DNA of 64,000 nucleotides. It comes from an uncultured delta proteobacterium. GTDB taxonomy: Bacteria > Myxococcota > Myxococcia > Myxococcales > Myxococcaceae. Shown here in pieces: positions 10,501 through 19,646 of the stretch. The DNA lies in contig CAVZMH010000016.1 of the NCBI GenBank assembly GCA_963776345.1, forward strand, positions 736,001 to 800,000. The letters are read 5' to 3'. Each line of letters begins with the position of its first letter. The stretch's first letter is position 1. Both the position numbers and the translations under genes were made by a program. Under the pieces are notes generated by a model. That model did no database searches and was not told the origin of the DNA. It worked only from the letters and a program-made list of their open reading frames with translations.

Positions 10501-10667
10501 CTCGACCCGGCGACCCCGAGCTCTGGGTGGTGAAGGCGGAGCTCGAGGCCTTCGCGGGCGACCGTCGAGCCGCGCGGGAGAGCCTCGATCACGCCTGGGC
10601 CATCAACACCCTCATCAAGGGCGGCTTGGCCTCCCGGGAGGCCGAGGCCGTCCTCGCAGCCCGCTGA
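7593..10667 (+). CDS. Hanks-type Ser/Thr protein kinase with TM segment and TPR-like C-terminus
   Basis: LGAGGMGEV, AVK, HRDVKPAN, DFG, GTLDYMSPEQ, DVYALG; GTG overlaps the stop of the upstream gene. Confidence 0.9.
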   Translation: MSEQLAPLDDQIELRGVLGAGGMGEVHRGWDRRLERAVAVKLVRGQDARDAERVLLEARLQARVEHPHVVKVHAVGSLEGRPCIVFQLVEGRTLAEVAPRLSVEERVELVRQAGLGLHAAHLQGLVHRDVKPANVLVEQSRDAGPVALLTDFGLARGEEAGLSRSGLPAGTLDYMSPEQLIAPGPPDFRSDVYALGATLYSVLAGRPPFRRSASLGTPSTEAAPEVDLLRRILEEDPEPLTRAAPGIPRELATIAARAMEKDPTARYPSAEALSDDLGRVQRGEPIRARPASWADRALKWARRNKPLARAVAVVALTLLLAGAWTVWSQRRADRAAVDAARLGALSESLEDQLRMELIGPPHDLRPALARIRREAERLRPVAARGDGAANAALGKALQLVGDAEGARDAYERAWRSGFRTPRVAEGLGEVLGELFRRRYDRARETLAPDAREPAFAALRSELGQPAMAYLRLGESSGWRGSALAAREAMVERNFTEARKRAAEVTAADPGRYEASLLAADAWTAEARDLAYARKFEEAEAGLVAASELLDQATSWGRSDPAIGLARAELHTVRANSLTLRGRSPETDLSAALSTLDEVIRLNPDDPLPYVRRGFALNQRVQYQFMSSRLALGTTLDEVIRAYRRALELGAGDARTLCLLGQALYYRAFWLNDLGQPSLEPVREGLAVVDRAEKLAPEDSEVPFVRTLLHAIEADVLAHQGQPTIEARRAAIAAGERALQMHAGRGAILRPVVAQQLMLVGTDTWMAGEDPRPHFEAGRKAFEEVFRTLPGQPAPLAQFANVVDVEAGILLALGEDPCPKLEDAVGRLEEVLKKTPGLGFIDAMVAELLVDEALFRAMQGQDPSSQIARTRPVFERAPADVKQDINFVVAHAAGLVAEARWRTDRGEDPLPTLARAEEHIGTLGARSTDDRAQEWLSRVALEQARWLSRRGTRTEGVARGGLAHLDRVLKARPGDPELWVVKAELEAFAGDRRAARESLDHAWAINTLIKGGLASREAEAVLAAR

Positions 10668-10776
10668 ATCTCCAGGGATTTCTGGCGGTCCGGGGGTGGC
10701 CCAGCCGGTTTCTCCGAAGCGCACCTGCCGCGTTCCATCCGTCCCTTCCAGGCTTCCACCCCAGGAGGAGAGACCG

Positions 10777-12387
10777 ATGCGCGCTCGACGTTCGTCCGTG
10801 GTGGTGGCCCTGGGGCTCGGGTGGATCCTGGCCGGATGTGGGGAGGCGAGGGCAACACGCCGGTGTGCACGATCAGCGGGGTCACGCTGACCGGTTCGGC
10901 GTCGACCGTCGGCCCGAACCAGACAGTGAACCTCACCGCGACGGTGACCCAGGCGGCCGGCTCGTGCGGGGTGCAACGGGGGCGTCGTCTGGGCGGTCAA
11001 CCCGAACACCGGTGGGCTGACCCCCTCGGGTCTCACCGCCACCTTCTCCAGGGCCACACCGGGCATCTACACCCTCTACGCGACGAGCACGGACGACATC
11101 CGGAAGGCGGACTCGTTCCAGGTCACCGTGCAGGCCGCGACCAGCTGCGGCACGCCGAACGGGACGGTGGTCACCCACTCGGGGAACATCACCGCCAGCG
11201 AGACCTGGGCTGGGAACGGCGTCACCCACTCGATCACCTCGAGCGTGCGCATCAAGCCGGGGGCGACGGTCACCGTCCAGCCCTGCGCGATCGTCGCGGT
11301 CGCAGCCGGGGCGGAGATCGGCGTCGAGGGCGACACCAACGCCAATCAGCCCGCGAAGCTGGTGGCGGCGGGCAACGACCCGCAGACCGGTTTCGTCAGC
11401 TTCGTGCCCGCCGTGCAGGGACAGACGTGGGGCGGCATCCGCGGCTACAACGTCCAGTCGCTGGTCGAGCTCCACAACACGGGCGTGGTCTCCGCCGGAG
11501 CCGGTCCCTTCTACCGGAACTCGGCGATCGTGATGGCCGGTCCCGGGCTGACTGCGCTTCCGCAGGGCGTGCTCACCGCCGACAACCTGGTGGTGGAGAA
11601 TCCGGTTGGCGGGGGGCTGTATCTCGACGGCATGGCGGCCTTCACCCCGCAGTCCACCTACCTGGGCGTGACGGGCGCACAGGACCACCCCCTGGCGATG
11701 CATCTCATGGCCGTGGGCAGCCTCCCCCTCACCCAGGTCCAGAACAGCCTGTACGACGATGCCTTGATGCTCAGCTCGGCGCCGAACGTGACCCAGGACA
11801 CCACCATCCACGGCTACATCCCGCTCTACTTCGAGGCCCAGGTGAAGGTCGGCCAGAACACGGCCAACACGACGACGACTCTCACCGTCGAGGCCGGGTC
11901 GGTGCTCCGCTTCGCCCCGGGAAACGACATCCGGATGTACTTCGGCAACGGCAGCGCGGGCGCGGGGATTCTGATGGCCACGGGTGACGCGGCGAAACCC
12001 ATCCTCTTCACCTCGGCGGCGGCGTCGCCGGCTGCGGGAGACTGGGCCGGCCTCCTGCTCCTGAACTCCTACGGCTCGCAGCTGTCCTACGTGACCATCG
12101 AGTACGCCGGGGCGAGCAATGGCTGGGTCTCGGCCAACTGCCGGCCCTCGGGGTCGAGCGACGATGCTGCGCTGCTCGTCGCCAACATTCCGGTGGCGAA
12201 CTTCCTCACCAACAGCACCATCCAGTTCATCTCCGGGCACGGCATCGACGCCACCTGGGCGGCGAACGTCATCAACGCCCCGGACGTGGCGGCAGGAAAC
12301 ACCTTCACCTCGGTGGCCGGGTGCAAGCAGACCTACAACGCCAAGGCGGGGGGCACCTGCCCGACGCTCGGCTGCACCGAGCCGTAG
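10777..12387 (+). CDS. Cell-surface lipoprotein with Ig-like and beta-helix-like regions, two frameshifts near 10845 and 10975
   Basis: AGGAGGAG RBS; MRARRSSVVVALGLGWILAGC lipobox; repeated TLTVEAG..LRF, PILFTS..AGDWAGL and TIEYAG motifs. Confidence 0.65.
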
Positions 12388-12405
12388 GACCGACCGGACG
12401 TGGCG

Positions 12406-13614
12406 CTACGGGACCGTCCGCGCGGAGATGCTGGTCGGCAGGCGGCGCATGTCCTGGACCACCTGCTCCGCCACGTCGGAATCGAGGTCCATGATCAGGT
12501 AGCCGATCGCCGCATTGGTGGAGAGGACCTGCGAGTGGATGTTGGCCTCGTGGTCGGAGACGATGCGGTTGAGATCGCGCAGCACGCCGGGCACGTTCTG
12601 GTGGACGTTGATCAACCGAAAGGTGCCGGGCGTGCGCGCCAGGTCGACCGGGGGGAAGTTCACCGAACTGACCGTCGCGCCGGTGTGGGCGAAGCGCGAG
12701 AGGCTGGCCGAGACCTCGCGGCCGATCGCCTCCTGGGCCTCCAGCGTCGACCCGCCGATGTGCGGGGTGAGGACGACGTTGGAGAGGCCCCGGAGCGGGG
12801 TCTCGAATCCCTCGGCGTTGTTGGCCTCGGGCTCGTCCGGGTAGACGTCGAGCGCCGCGCCGTCGAGCCGCTTCTCCCTGAGCGCCTGGGCGAGCGCGCC
12901 GAGGTCCACCACCGTCCCGCGGCTGGCGTTGATCAGGCAGGCGCCCTTCTTGATCCGGGCGAGCTGCGCGGCGCCGATCATCCCCCTGGTCTGCGGGGTC
13001 TCCGGGACGTGGAGGGTGACGAAGTCGCTCTGCTCGAGGAGCGTGTCGAGCGACTTCACCGGCTGCGAGTTCCCCAGCGGGAGCTTGGCCGAGACGTCGT
13101 GGAAGACGACCCGCATCCCGAGGTCCTCGGCGAGGATCGAGACCTGGCTCCCGATGTGCCCGTAGCCGACCACGCCCAGCGTCTTGCCGCGGACCTCGCG
13201 CGAGCCGGTGGCCATCTTCTTCCAGACGCCGTGGTGCATCTCGCGCGACCGGTCACCGAGGTGGCGCGAGAGCATGACGATCTCGGCGATGACCATCTCC
13301 GCCACGCTGCGGGTGTTGGAGAAGGGCGCGTTGAAGACCGCGACGCCGCGCTTCATCGCGTGGTCGAGCGCGATCTGGTTGGTGCCGATGCAGAACGCCC
13401 CGACGGCGATCAGCGAGTCCGCGGCGTCGAGCACCTTCCTGGTGACCTGGGTCTTGCTCCGGATGCCGAGCAGGTGAATGCCCTTCAGCCGCTCGCAGAG
13501 CTGGTCCTCCTTGAGGGCGCCCTCGGCGCGGTGCACCTCGAGTCCCTCGGCCTCGAGCAGCTCGTCGGCGACGGGGTGAATCGATTCGAGCAGCAGGATC
13601 TTCAGCTTTGACAT
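12406..13614 (-). CDS. serA: D-3-phosphoglycerate dehydrogenase
   Basis: GIRSKT, FCIGTNQ, NAPFSNTRSVAE, GYGHIG, TPHIGGST, C-terminal ACT domain HQNVPGVL. Confidence 0.96.
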   Translation of the reverse strand: MSKLKILLLESIHPVADELLEAEGLEVHRAEGALKEDQLCERLKGIHLLGIRSKTQVTRKVLDAADSLIAVGAFCIGTNQIALDHAMKRGVAVFNAPFSNTRSVAEMVIAEIVMLSRHLGDRSREMHHGVWKKMATGSREVRGKTLGVVGYGHIGSQVSILAEDLGMRVVFHDVSAKLPLGNSQPVKSLDTLLEQSDFVTLHVPETPQTRGMIGAAQLARIKKGACLINASRGTVVDLGALAQALREKRLDGAALDVYPDEPEANNAEGFETPLRGLSNVVLTPHIGGSTLEAQEAIGREVSASLSRFAHTGATVSSVNFPPVDLARTPGTFRLINVHQNVPGVLRDLNRIVSDHEANIHSQVLSTNAAIGYLIMDLDSDVAEQVVQDMRRLPTSISARTVP

Positions 13615-13626
13615 CGCAGCCGTACC

Positions 13627-14313
13627 TTAGCGGCCTCCGACGTCCGTTGCGCGCCCCACGAAGAGCAGCTTGCCCCACGCCTTCTCGACCAACTCGGGGC
13701 GGAACCGCTCGGTGAGCAGGGAAAGGATCTCCCGGGGCCGCCCGAGCCAGGCCTCGTAGGTGGGGCGCTCCAGCTCGTTCATCGTGGCGAGCGCGTCGAG
13801 CCTGGGCCAGAGCTTCCGCGCGGCCCGGACCTCGCACACGGCATGGACGAACGCGAGGAACGGCGTCAGCCACGGCTCGACCACGACCATCCGCCCGCCT
13901 GGGCGGAGCACGCGCCGGGCCTCGTCCAGGGTCCGGACCAGGTCGTCCGGCAGCACCTCGAGGTGGTGCAGCCCGCCCTGGACCACCAGCACGTCCCGCG
14001 AGCGGTCCGGGAACGGCAGCGCGCGGCAGTCGGCCACGTAGCAGCGCGCCCTGCCCCGGTACTGCTCGAGTAGGCTGGCGGAGAGATCCACCCCCTCGAG
14101 GCGTCCGAACCCGAGCTGCGCGAGCGCCTCGAGCCCGTTGCCGCGCCCGCAGAACAGCTCCACCACCTCCGCGTCGCGCGCCCACGCCGGCGCGCCGAGG
14201 AGCCGGAGGCGGCGAAGGAACTTCCGGCGCTCTTCCTCGGGGGTCTCGAACCGGAGGTAGGCCTGCTCCCAGGACTGACTGCAGCACACCTCTCCGGCGA
14301 TGACCTGCACCAC
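13627..14313 (-). CDS. Class I SAM-dependent methyltransferase (start uncertain)
   Basis: VELFCGRG, GVDLS, ADCRALPFPDRSRDV, LHHL, RVLRPGG. Confidence 0.85.
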   Translation of the reverse strand: MVQVIAGEVCCSQSWEQAYLRFETPEEERRKFLRRLRLLGAPAWARDAEVVELFCGRGNGLEALAQLGFGRLEGVDLSASLLEQYRGRARCYVADCRALPFPDRSRDVLVVQGGLHHLEVLPDDLVRTLDEARRVLRPGGRMVVVEPWLTPFLAFVHAVCEVRAARKLWPRLDALATMNELERPTYEAWLGRPREILSLLTERFRPELVEKAWGKLLFVGRATDVGGR

Positions 14314-14370
14314 CTGCTGCGCCGGGGAGTCGCTCAACTTGACCCGAGTGTACCAGGAGCGGACGATCCC

Positions 14371-15627
14371 GTGGCCTCTCCCGGGCGCGAACTCTTGGAA
14401 CGGCTCAAGCTCCTCATCGTCATCCCCGCCCTGAACGAGGAGGAGAGCATCGGGGCGATCATCGAGCGCACGCTGGCGGCCCGCCCGCGGATCCTCGCCG
14501 AGACGCCGGTGACCGAGGTGGAGCTGACGGTGGTCAGCGACGGCTCGACGGACCGGACCGTCGAGCGCGCCGGAGCCTACCGCCACCAGATCCAGCTCAT
14601 CGTCTTCGAGCGGAACCGTGGGTATGGCGCGGCGATCAAGGAGGCCTGGCGGCAGTCCGACGCCGAGCTGCTCGCCTTCCTCGACGCCGACGGCACCTGC
14701 GACCCGGCGTTCTTCGTCGAGCTCTGCCAGCTCATCGAGCGCGAGCGTGCCGACGTGGTGCTGGGCTGCCGGCTGACGCGCAGGAGCCGGATGCCGATGA
14801 TGCGACGGGTGGGCAACGTGCTCTTCGCCCTGCTGCTGAGCTTCTTCTCCTCCAAGCGGGTACGGGACACCGCGAGCGGGATGCGAGTGGTCCGGCGCTC
14901 CAGCCTCCCCCGGCTCTCGCCCCTTCCCGACGGGATGCACTTCACCCCGGCGATGAGCGCTCGGGCCATCCTCTCACCGGACCTGAGGATCCTCGAGCAG
15001 GAGATGCCTTACGAGGAGCGGGCCGGCGAGTCGAAGCTGCGGGTGCTCCGGGACGGGCTCCGGTTCCTTCGGGTCATCGTCGAGGCGGCGCTGCTCTACC
15101 GGCCGTCGCGACCACTGGGGTTCCTGGGCGCAGTCTTTCTACTGACCGCGTTCGTCCTGATGCTTCCCCCGGCGCTCTACTACCTCCGGAACCGGCACGT
15201 GCTGGAGTGGATGATCTACCGCTTCGTCGTGGCCGACCTGCTCACCAACTCGGGGACGCTGCTGCTCGCGGCGAGCTATCTCCTCCGGCGCGTGGTGCAG
15301 CTGGTGCTGCAGCTCCCGGCGGAGGACTTCGTCTTCCACCGGCTGGCCGGGCGCTTCCTGCGGGGCGCCTGGCTGTGGATCGTCGTCGTGTCGTTCGTGC
15401 TCGCCGCGAGCCTCCTGGTGCTGCCGAGCTTCCTGGAGCTGGTGCGGACCGGAGGCACCTACGAGCACTGGTCGCGCTTCATCGCCGCCTCGGTGCTGGT
15501 CGGCGTGTCCCTCACCCTGCTCGTGGCGCGGGCGCTGGACTTCACCCTGGACCTCCTGTCGGCCCGCCTGGCCTACCTTCGCGAGGAGCCGATCGAGGCC
15601 GCGCCGCCGCGGCGAAGCGTGGCCTGA
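14371..15627 (+). CDS. GT2 glycosyltransferase (polyprenol-phosphate sugar synthase-like) with C-terminal TM helices
   Basis: IVIPALNEE, SDGSTD, NRGYGAA, FLDADG, DTASGMR, ERAGESKL, hydrophobic C-terminus. Confidence 0.88.
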   Translation: MASPGRELLERLKLLIVIPALNEEESIGAIIERTLAARPRILAETPVTEVELTVVSDGSTDRTVERAGAYRHQIQLIVFERNRGYGAAIKEAWRQSDAELLAFLDADGTCDPAFFVELCQLIERERADVVLGCRLTRRSRMPMMRRVGNVLFALLLSFFSSKRVRDTASGMRVVRRSSLPRLSPLPDGMHFTPAMSARAILSPDLRILEQEMPYEERAGESKLRVLRDGLRFLRVIVEAALLYRPSRPLGFLGAVFLLTAFVLMLPPALYYLRNRHVLEWMIYRFVVADLLTNSGTLLLAASYLLRRVVQLVLQLPAEDFVFHRLAGRFLRGAWLWIVVVSFVLAASLLVLPSFLELVRTGGTYEHWSRFIAASVLVGVSLTLLVARALDFTLDLLSARLAYLREEPIEAAPPRRSVA

Positions 15628-15635
15628 CTCCAGGC

Positions 15636-17942
15636 TCAGGGACGCGCGGCGCTCGACTGGGCTGACCGTAGCCAGCGCACCAGGTCCCTGAGCTGCGGCG
15701 GGGCGAGGACGCCGTACGCGAGGAGGGCCTTCTCCCCTGCCTCGCGCGCCTCGTCGAGCCTCCCCGCACGGGTGGCGTGCTCGGCGGCCAGGGCGAGGAC
15801 CGCCGGGCTGTCCGGGGCCGCGGCGCGGGCCTCGGTGACCAGCGCATCGAAGGGACGGGTCTCGTGGCCGTGCGCGGGGAAGGCCTGCAGCGCCTTCCCG
15901 TACGCCGCGAGGGCGTCGTCCTTCTTTCCGAGGGCCAGCAGCGCCCGGGCCCGGAGATGGAGCACCACGCCCGCCTCCGGGAGCGCCGAGAGCACCCGGT
16001 CGGCCTCCTCGAGCGCGCCTGCGGCATCTCCCCAGACCAGGAGCGCCTGGCCCAGCGCATACCCCGCGCTCATCGGATCGTGCAGCGCGCGCAGCTCGCG
16101 CTCAGCCGGTCCATCCCGGCGGCCGGCGGCGGCGCGATCGGAGGCAGCGGCCCACGCCAGCCCGCTGAGGGCTCCGGGGTGCCGCTGGATCGAGCGTTCC
16201 ACCCGGGAGCGGGCCGCGGCGCGATCCCCGGACCTGAGCAGGCACTCGGCCGCAAGCAGGTCCGGGTCGAGGGCCACGTCCCAGACCGCGGCGAAGAAGC
16301 GCTTCTCCGAGGCCCGCTCTGCGAGGGGGAGCGCGGCGTCGCAGTCCCCTGCGAGTCCGAGCAGCGTGGCCTGGAAGTAGGCGTCGGCGCCGCCATCGGT
16401 CCCGAAGCGGTGCGCGCTCTCCTCCGCGGAGGCACGGGCGAGCGCCGGCTCCTCGAACGGCACCCGGGACAGGTCACGCGAGAGCCGGACGAGGGGCTGG
16501 GCGGCCTGGGCGTGGACGAAGGCGCGCTGGGCGTCGGTGACCCGGGCTGCCCGGACCGCCCGCTCCAGCTCCGACGCCGCCGCGCCGGCCACGGCCCCGC
16601 GTTCCACCACCCGGGTCGACGCCCGCAGTCCCGGAGCGAGCGCGATCGCGAGCGGGAGGAGCAGCGCCACGGCCGAACGGACGAGCAGCCGCGGTTGACG
16701 AAGATCCTCCCGCACCCCGGCCACGTACCCGCCCGCCAGCGCACACCAGACCGGGAGGACCATGAGCGCGTACCGGCTGGTGACGCAGAAGACCAGCGAC
16801 ACGGCCAGGAGCGCGAGGAGGTACGGCCCGAGCATCCCGATCGGACGGCGGCGCAGCAGCGAGGCGGCGAGACCGGCGAGCCCCGCTGCGGTCAGGAAGC
16901 GGAACGAGGCGAGCGGCGGGATGGGGAGCCCCTGCTCTGCCTGACGCACCTCGGCCACGTCATGGGCGTCGGGCCCGGCGAGGAAGACCAGGGCCTTGGC
17001 GCCGACCAGCCGGAGCCAGGCGAAGGGCTCGTGGGTGACGAACGCGGCGGTGCGCTCGACCCAGTACTGCTCGCAGGCCACCGGTGAGATCTGCCGCCCC
17101 ACGGCCGCGCGGGCGAAGCGGCGGTAGATGGCGTGGAACGGGTCCGGCCGGTCGGTGGAGCGCTCCTGCTGCTCGAGCAGCTTCACCAGTGCGGGTGACT
17201 GGTAGCCGATGCCGTTGCCCTCGGGACGATTGCAGATGTGGAGCATCTCGCCGACGCTCATCGTCGCGGCGAGCTGCTGGCCGACGCTGACCCGAACCAG
17301 TCCCATCGGGAGCACGACCATCGCCAGCCCACAGGCCAGCGTGCCTCCCGCAGTGGTGAGGAGCCGCCTGCGACCGAGTCCGCGCGTGGTCCATCCCAGC
17401 CAGAGGACCGCCATCCCGAGCACGGCGAGGTTGGAGGGACGGAGGGCGGCGGAGAGCCCGAGCACCGCGCCGGCGAGCCACGCGCTCCGCGGCCGCTCCC
17501 GCGGCGCACCGACCACGAGAAGCGTGAGCGCGCCGAGGTTCGCCACGAGGATGAGGAGGTCCGGCTCGAGGGTGGCCTCGTAGAGCATCAGCGGGGCGGC
17601 GGCCGCCGCCAGGACGAGCGCGACCCAGCCCGCGACCGGGCCAAAGACTCGCCGCGCCACGAGGAAGACCAGCGGCACCGTGAGCGCGCCGAGGATCGAC
17701 TGGAGCACCCGGATGGACCCCGGGGAGAGCGCGAGGTTGACCAGCAGGTAGAGCGGACTGATGTCCGCGCCCTCCTCCGGGCGAAGCCGTCCCTGCACCA
17801 GCAGCCGCGCGAAGTCGGGGTACTTCGAGAACATCCACTGCGGCAGGAGAACCAGCCCCAGCGCGAGGTGAGCGATGGAGCCGACCGCGACGAGCGCGGC
17901 GGTCGAGCGCTGAGCGCGCGAGCGCGGAAGGGGGATCTCCAC
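15636..17942 (-). CDS. GT-C fold (PMT/ArnT-like) membrane glycosyltransferase with C-terminal TPR repeats
   Basis: Multi-TM N-terminus (SPLY, LVFLVARRVFG, LSAALRP, SRY); TPR-like LGQALL..GDAAGALE and LRARALLALGKKDDALAAYGKAL. Confidence 0.7.
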   Translation of the reverse strand: MEIPLPRSRAQRSTAALVAVGSIAHLALGLVLLPQWMFSKYPDFARLLVQGRLRPEEGADISPLYLLVNLALSPGSIRVLQSILGALTVPLVFLVARRVFGPVAGWVALVLAAAAAPLMLYEATLEPDLLILVANLGALTLLVVGAPRERPRSAWLAGAVLGLSAALRPSNLAVLGMAVLWLGWTTRGLGRRRLLTTAGGTLACGLAMVVLPMGLVRVSVGQQLAATMSVGEMLHICNRPEGNGIGYQSPALVKLLEQQERSTDRPDPFHAIYRRFARAAVGRQISPVACEQYWVERTAAFVTHEPFAWLRLVGAKALVFLAGPDAHDVAEVRQAEQGLPIPPLASFRFLTAAGLAGLAASLLRRRPIGMLGPYLLALLAVSLVFCVTSRYALMVLPVWCALAGGYVAGVREDLRQPRLLVRSAVALLLPLAIALAPGLRASTRVVERGAVAGAAASELERAVRAARVTDAQRAFVHAQAAQPLVRLSRDLSRVPFEEPALARASAEESAHRFGTDGGADAYFQATLLGLAGDCDAALPLAERASEKRFFAAVWDVALDPDLLAAECLLRSGDRAAARSRVERSIQRHPGALSGLAWAAASDRAAAGRRDGPAERELRALHDPMSAGYALGQALLVWGDAAGALEEADRVLSALPEAGVVLHLRARALLALGKKDDALAAYGKALQAFPAHGHETRPFDALVTEARAAAPDSPAVLALAAEHATRAGRLDEAREAGEKALLAYGVLAPPQLRDLVRWLRSAQSSAARP

Positions 17943-18370
17943 GAGGGGCCATCAAAGCCGAGCGGCACCCGCTGTCAAAAGCGCATGCCGACGGGGCGCC
18001 GAGTGGGGCAAGGGCGTACAGCGGGCGCGCGTCACGAGTGGTGTGCAGCCGATTGCACGCGTGGGAAGCGCATCGCGCGCAACGAGCCATGCCGCCGACC
18101 GGGAGTGCCTGTCGTGCGGCTCTGGAGCCGAATGCGCTGCTCCCTCACCGCAGGGCGTCACTCTTGCCTCATCCACCCCTGGTGGAGGGCTGTCGCCCGA
18201 TGGGTGACGCTCCTCGCATTTGCACGAGCGTCGCCGTCTGGCCGGCGGGTGGGGAGTCCGGGAGCTCGGCGCCTCGCGTGGACGCGCGATGAACGGGCTC
18301 AGACCGACGCCGACACGGCGTCCGAGGGAGCCGCGACCTCTGCGGGTCAGCGGGAGGCCCTCGACGACAG

Positions 18371-18452
18371 TGCCCAGGGCGGGATTCGAACCCGCACACC
18401 TTTCGGCGCCACCCCCTCAAGATGGTGTGTCTACCAGTTCCACCACCTGGGC
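18371..18452 (-). tRNA. tRNA-Leu(GAG)
   Basis: GCCCAGGTGGTGGAACTGGTAGACAC-ACCATC-TTGAGGG-GGTGG, long variable arm, GGTTCGAATCC T-arm, CTGGGCA end; CCA not encoded. Confidence 0.96.
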
Positions 18453-18474
18453 TTGAAAGAGGACCGCCTAAGTA

Positions 18475-19161
18475 TCAGGGAGGCCCGCCGCTTTCCAGTC
18501 CCCCCGCCACCAGCCAGACCACGAGCGGCACCAGGACATTGTCCATCGCCCGCGGCGCGACGCCCTCCGCCAGCGCCGCCGCGAGTCCGGCACCGAGCAC
18601 CCGGACCGCGGAGAGCGGCGCGCCGAAGAGCAACCCCGCCATCGCCGTCCCGTGCGCCGCGAACCCGGCCACCACCAGCGAGCCCTCGAGACTCTTGGTC
18701 TTCGCCCAGGGCACCCGGTAGCGGTGCCCGCCCCACTGGCGGCCGACCAGCCCGCCGATGCCGTCGCCCAGCGCGAGCGCGAACAGGCCCGCCGCCGCCG
18801 GGAACGGCGCTCGGCCGAAGAGACCGACCGCGGTGAACGTCGCCGCCGAGAGCGCGTAGAGCACGAGCCCGGACCACGCCTCGCCTTCGCCCGACACCGC
18901 CCGCTCGAGCGCCCGGGCCGCCGAGAACCGGCGCGCCAGCAGCGGCACGGCCACCAGGAGCGCGAGGCCGGTCAGCGCGACCAGCACCGGCGGCCATGGC
19001 GAGTGCCACGCTCGCCACCCGAGCGGCCACACACCGGCCCCGATGTGCAGGAGATCTCGAGTGTACGTGCGCGGCAATCCGCGACCCGAGAGCCACAGAC
19101 AGAACGCGAGGCCACCCGCGAACACCGCCGACCAGAGGAGGACGAGCAGGCCGTCGTGCAC
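18475..19161 (-). CDS. Dolichol/phytol kinase-like (CTP-dependent polyprenol kinase family) membrane protein
   Basis: RDLLHIGAG, LALGDGIGGLVG, KTKSLEGS, DNVLVP; multiple TM segments. Confidence 0.8.
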   Translation of the reverse strand: MHDGLLVLLWSAVFAGGLAFCLWLSGRGLPRTYTRDLLHIGAGVWPLGWRAWHSPWPPVLVALTGLALLVAVPLLARRFSAARALERAVSGEGEAWSGLVLYALSAATFTAVGLFGRAPFPAAAGLFALALGDGIGGLVGRQWGGHRYRVPWAKTKSLEGSLVVAGFAAHGTAMAGLLFGAPLSAVRVLGAGLAAALAEGVAPRAMDNVLVPLVVWLVAGGLESGGPP

Positions 19162-19200
19162 GGCCCAGAGCCTCTCACGCCGCGGCTGCTGCCCGGGTCC

Positions 19201-19572
19201 CTACTTCTGCGCGGGCGCAGGAGTGGGAGCGGGCGCCGGAACCGCCGGGGCCGAATCACTCGCCGCAGGGGCCGGCGAGCTCGGCGTCGCCTCCGGGGCC
19301 GGCTTCGCCGCCGCCTTCGCCGCCAGGCTGCTGGTCACCGAGCTCCTCACGCCCACGAACGACAGGCCGAGCGACGTCAGGAAGAACAGCCCCGCGCAGA
19401 TCGCCGTCACCTTGCTGAGGAAGGTCACCGCCCCGCGCCCGCCGAACGCCGAGGTCGCCGCACCGCCGCCGAGCGCCGCGCCCATCCCCGCGTCCTTCCC
19501 CGGCTGGAGGAGGATGACGAAGATCATGAACACGCAGAGCAGCACGTGGACGACGGTGAAGAAGGCGATCAT
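19201..19572 (-). CDS. secG: Preprotein translocase subunit SecG
   Basis: ILLQPGKDAGMGAALGGG..FGGRGAVTFLSKVT; directly downstream of tpiA. Confidence 0.95.
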   Translation of the reverse strand: MIAFFTVVHVLLCVFMIFVILLQPGKDAGMGAALGGGAATSAFGGRGAVTFLSKVTAICAGLFFLTSLGLSFVGVRSSVTSSLAAKAAAKPAPEATPSSPAPAASDSAPAVPAPAPTPAPAQK

Positions 19573-19646
19573 CGGACGGTGGTTCCAGGGGGGTGAAGAA
19601 GGCCGCGCACCCTAGCGGGCCGCCGCCATCGCTGGCAAGTCGGCGA

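Noticed and set aside
17943..18370. Riboswitch or ncRNA in the 430-bp intergenic region
   Set aside because: Only short inverted repeats (e.g. GTGCA-N6-TGCAC) and no family motif I can recognise; an Rfam scan would be needed to exclude one.
13627..18452. Integrative island at tRNA-Leu
   Set aside because: No integrase, no duplicated tRNA 3' end seen, and no evident GC shift.
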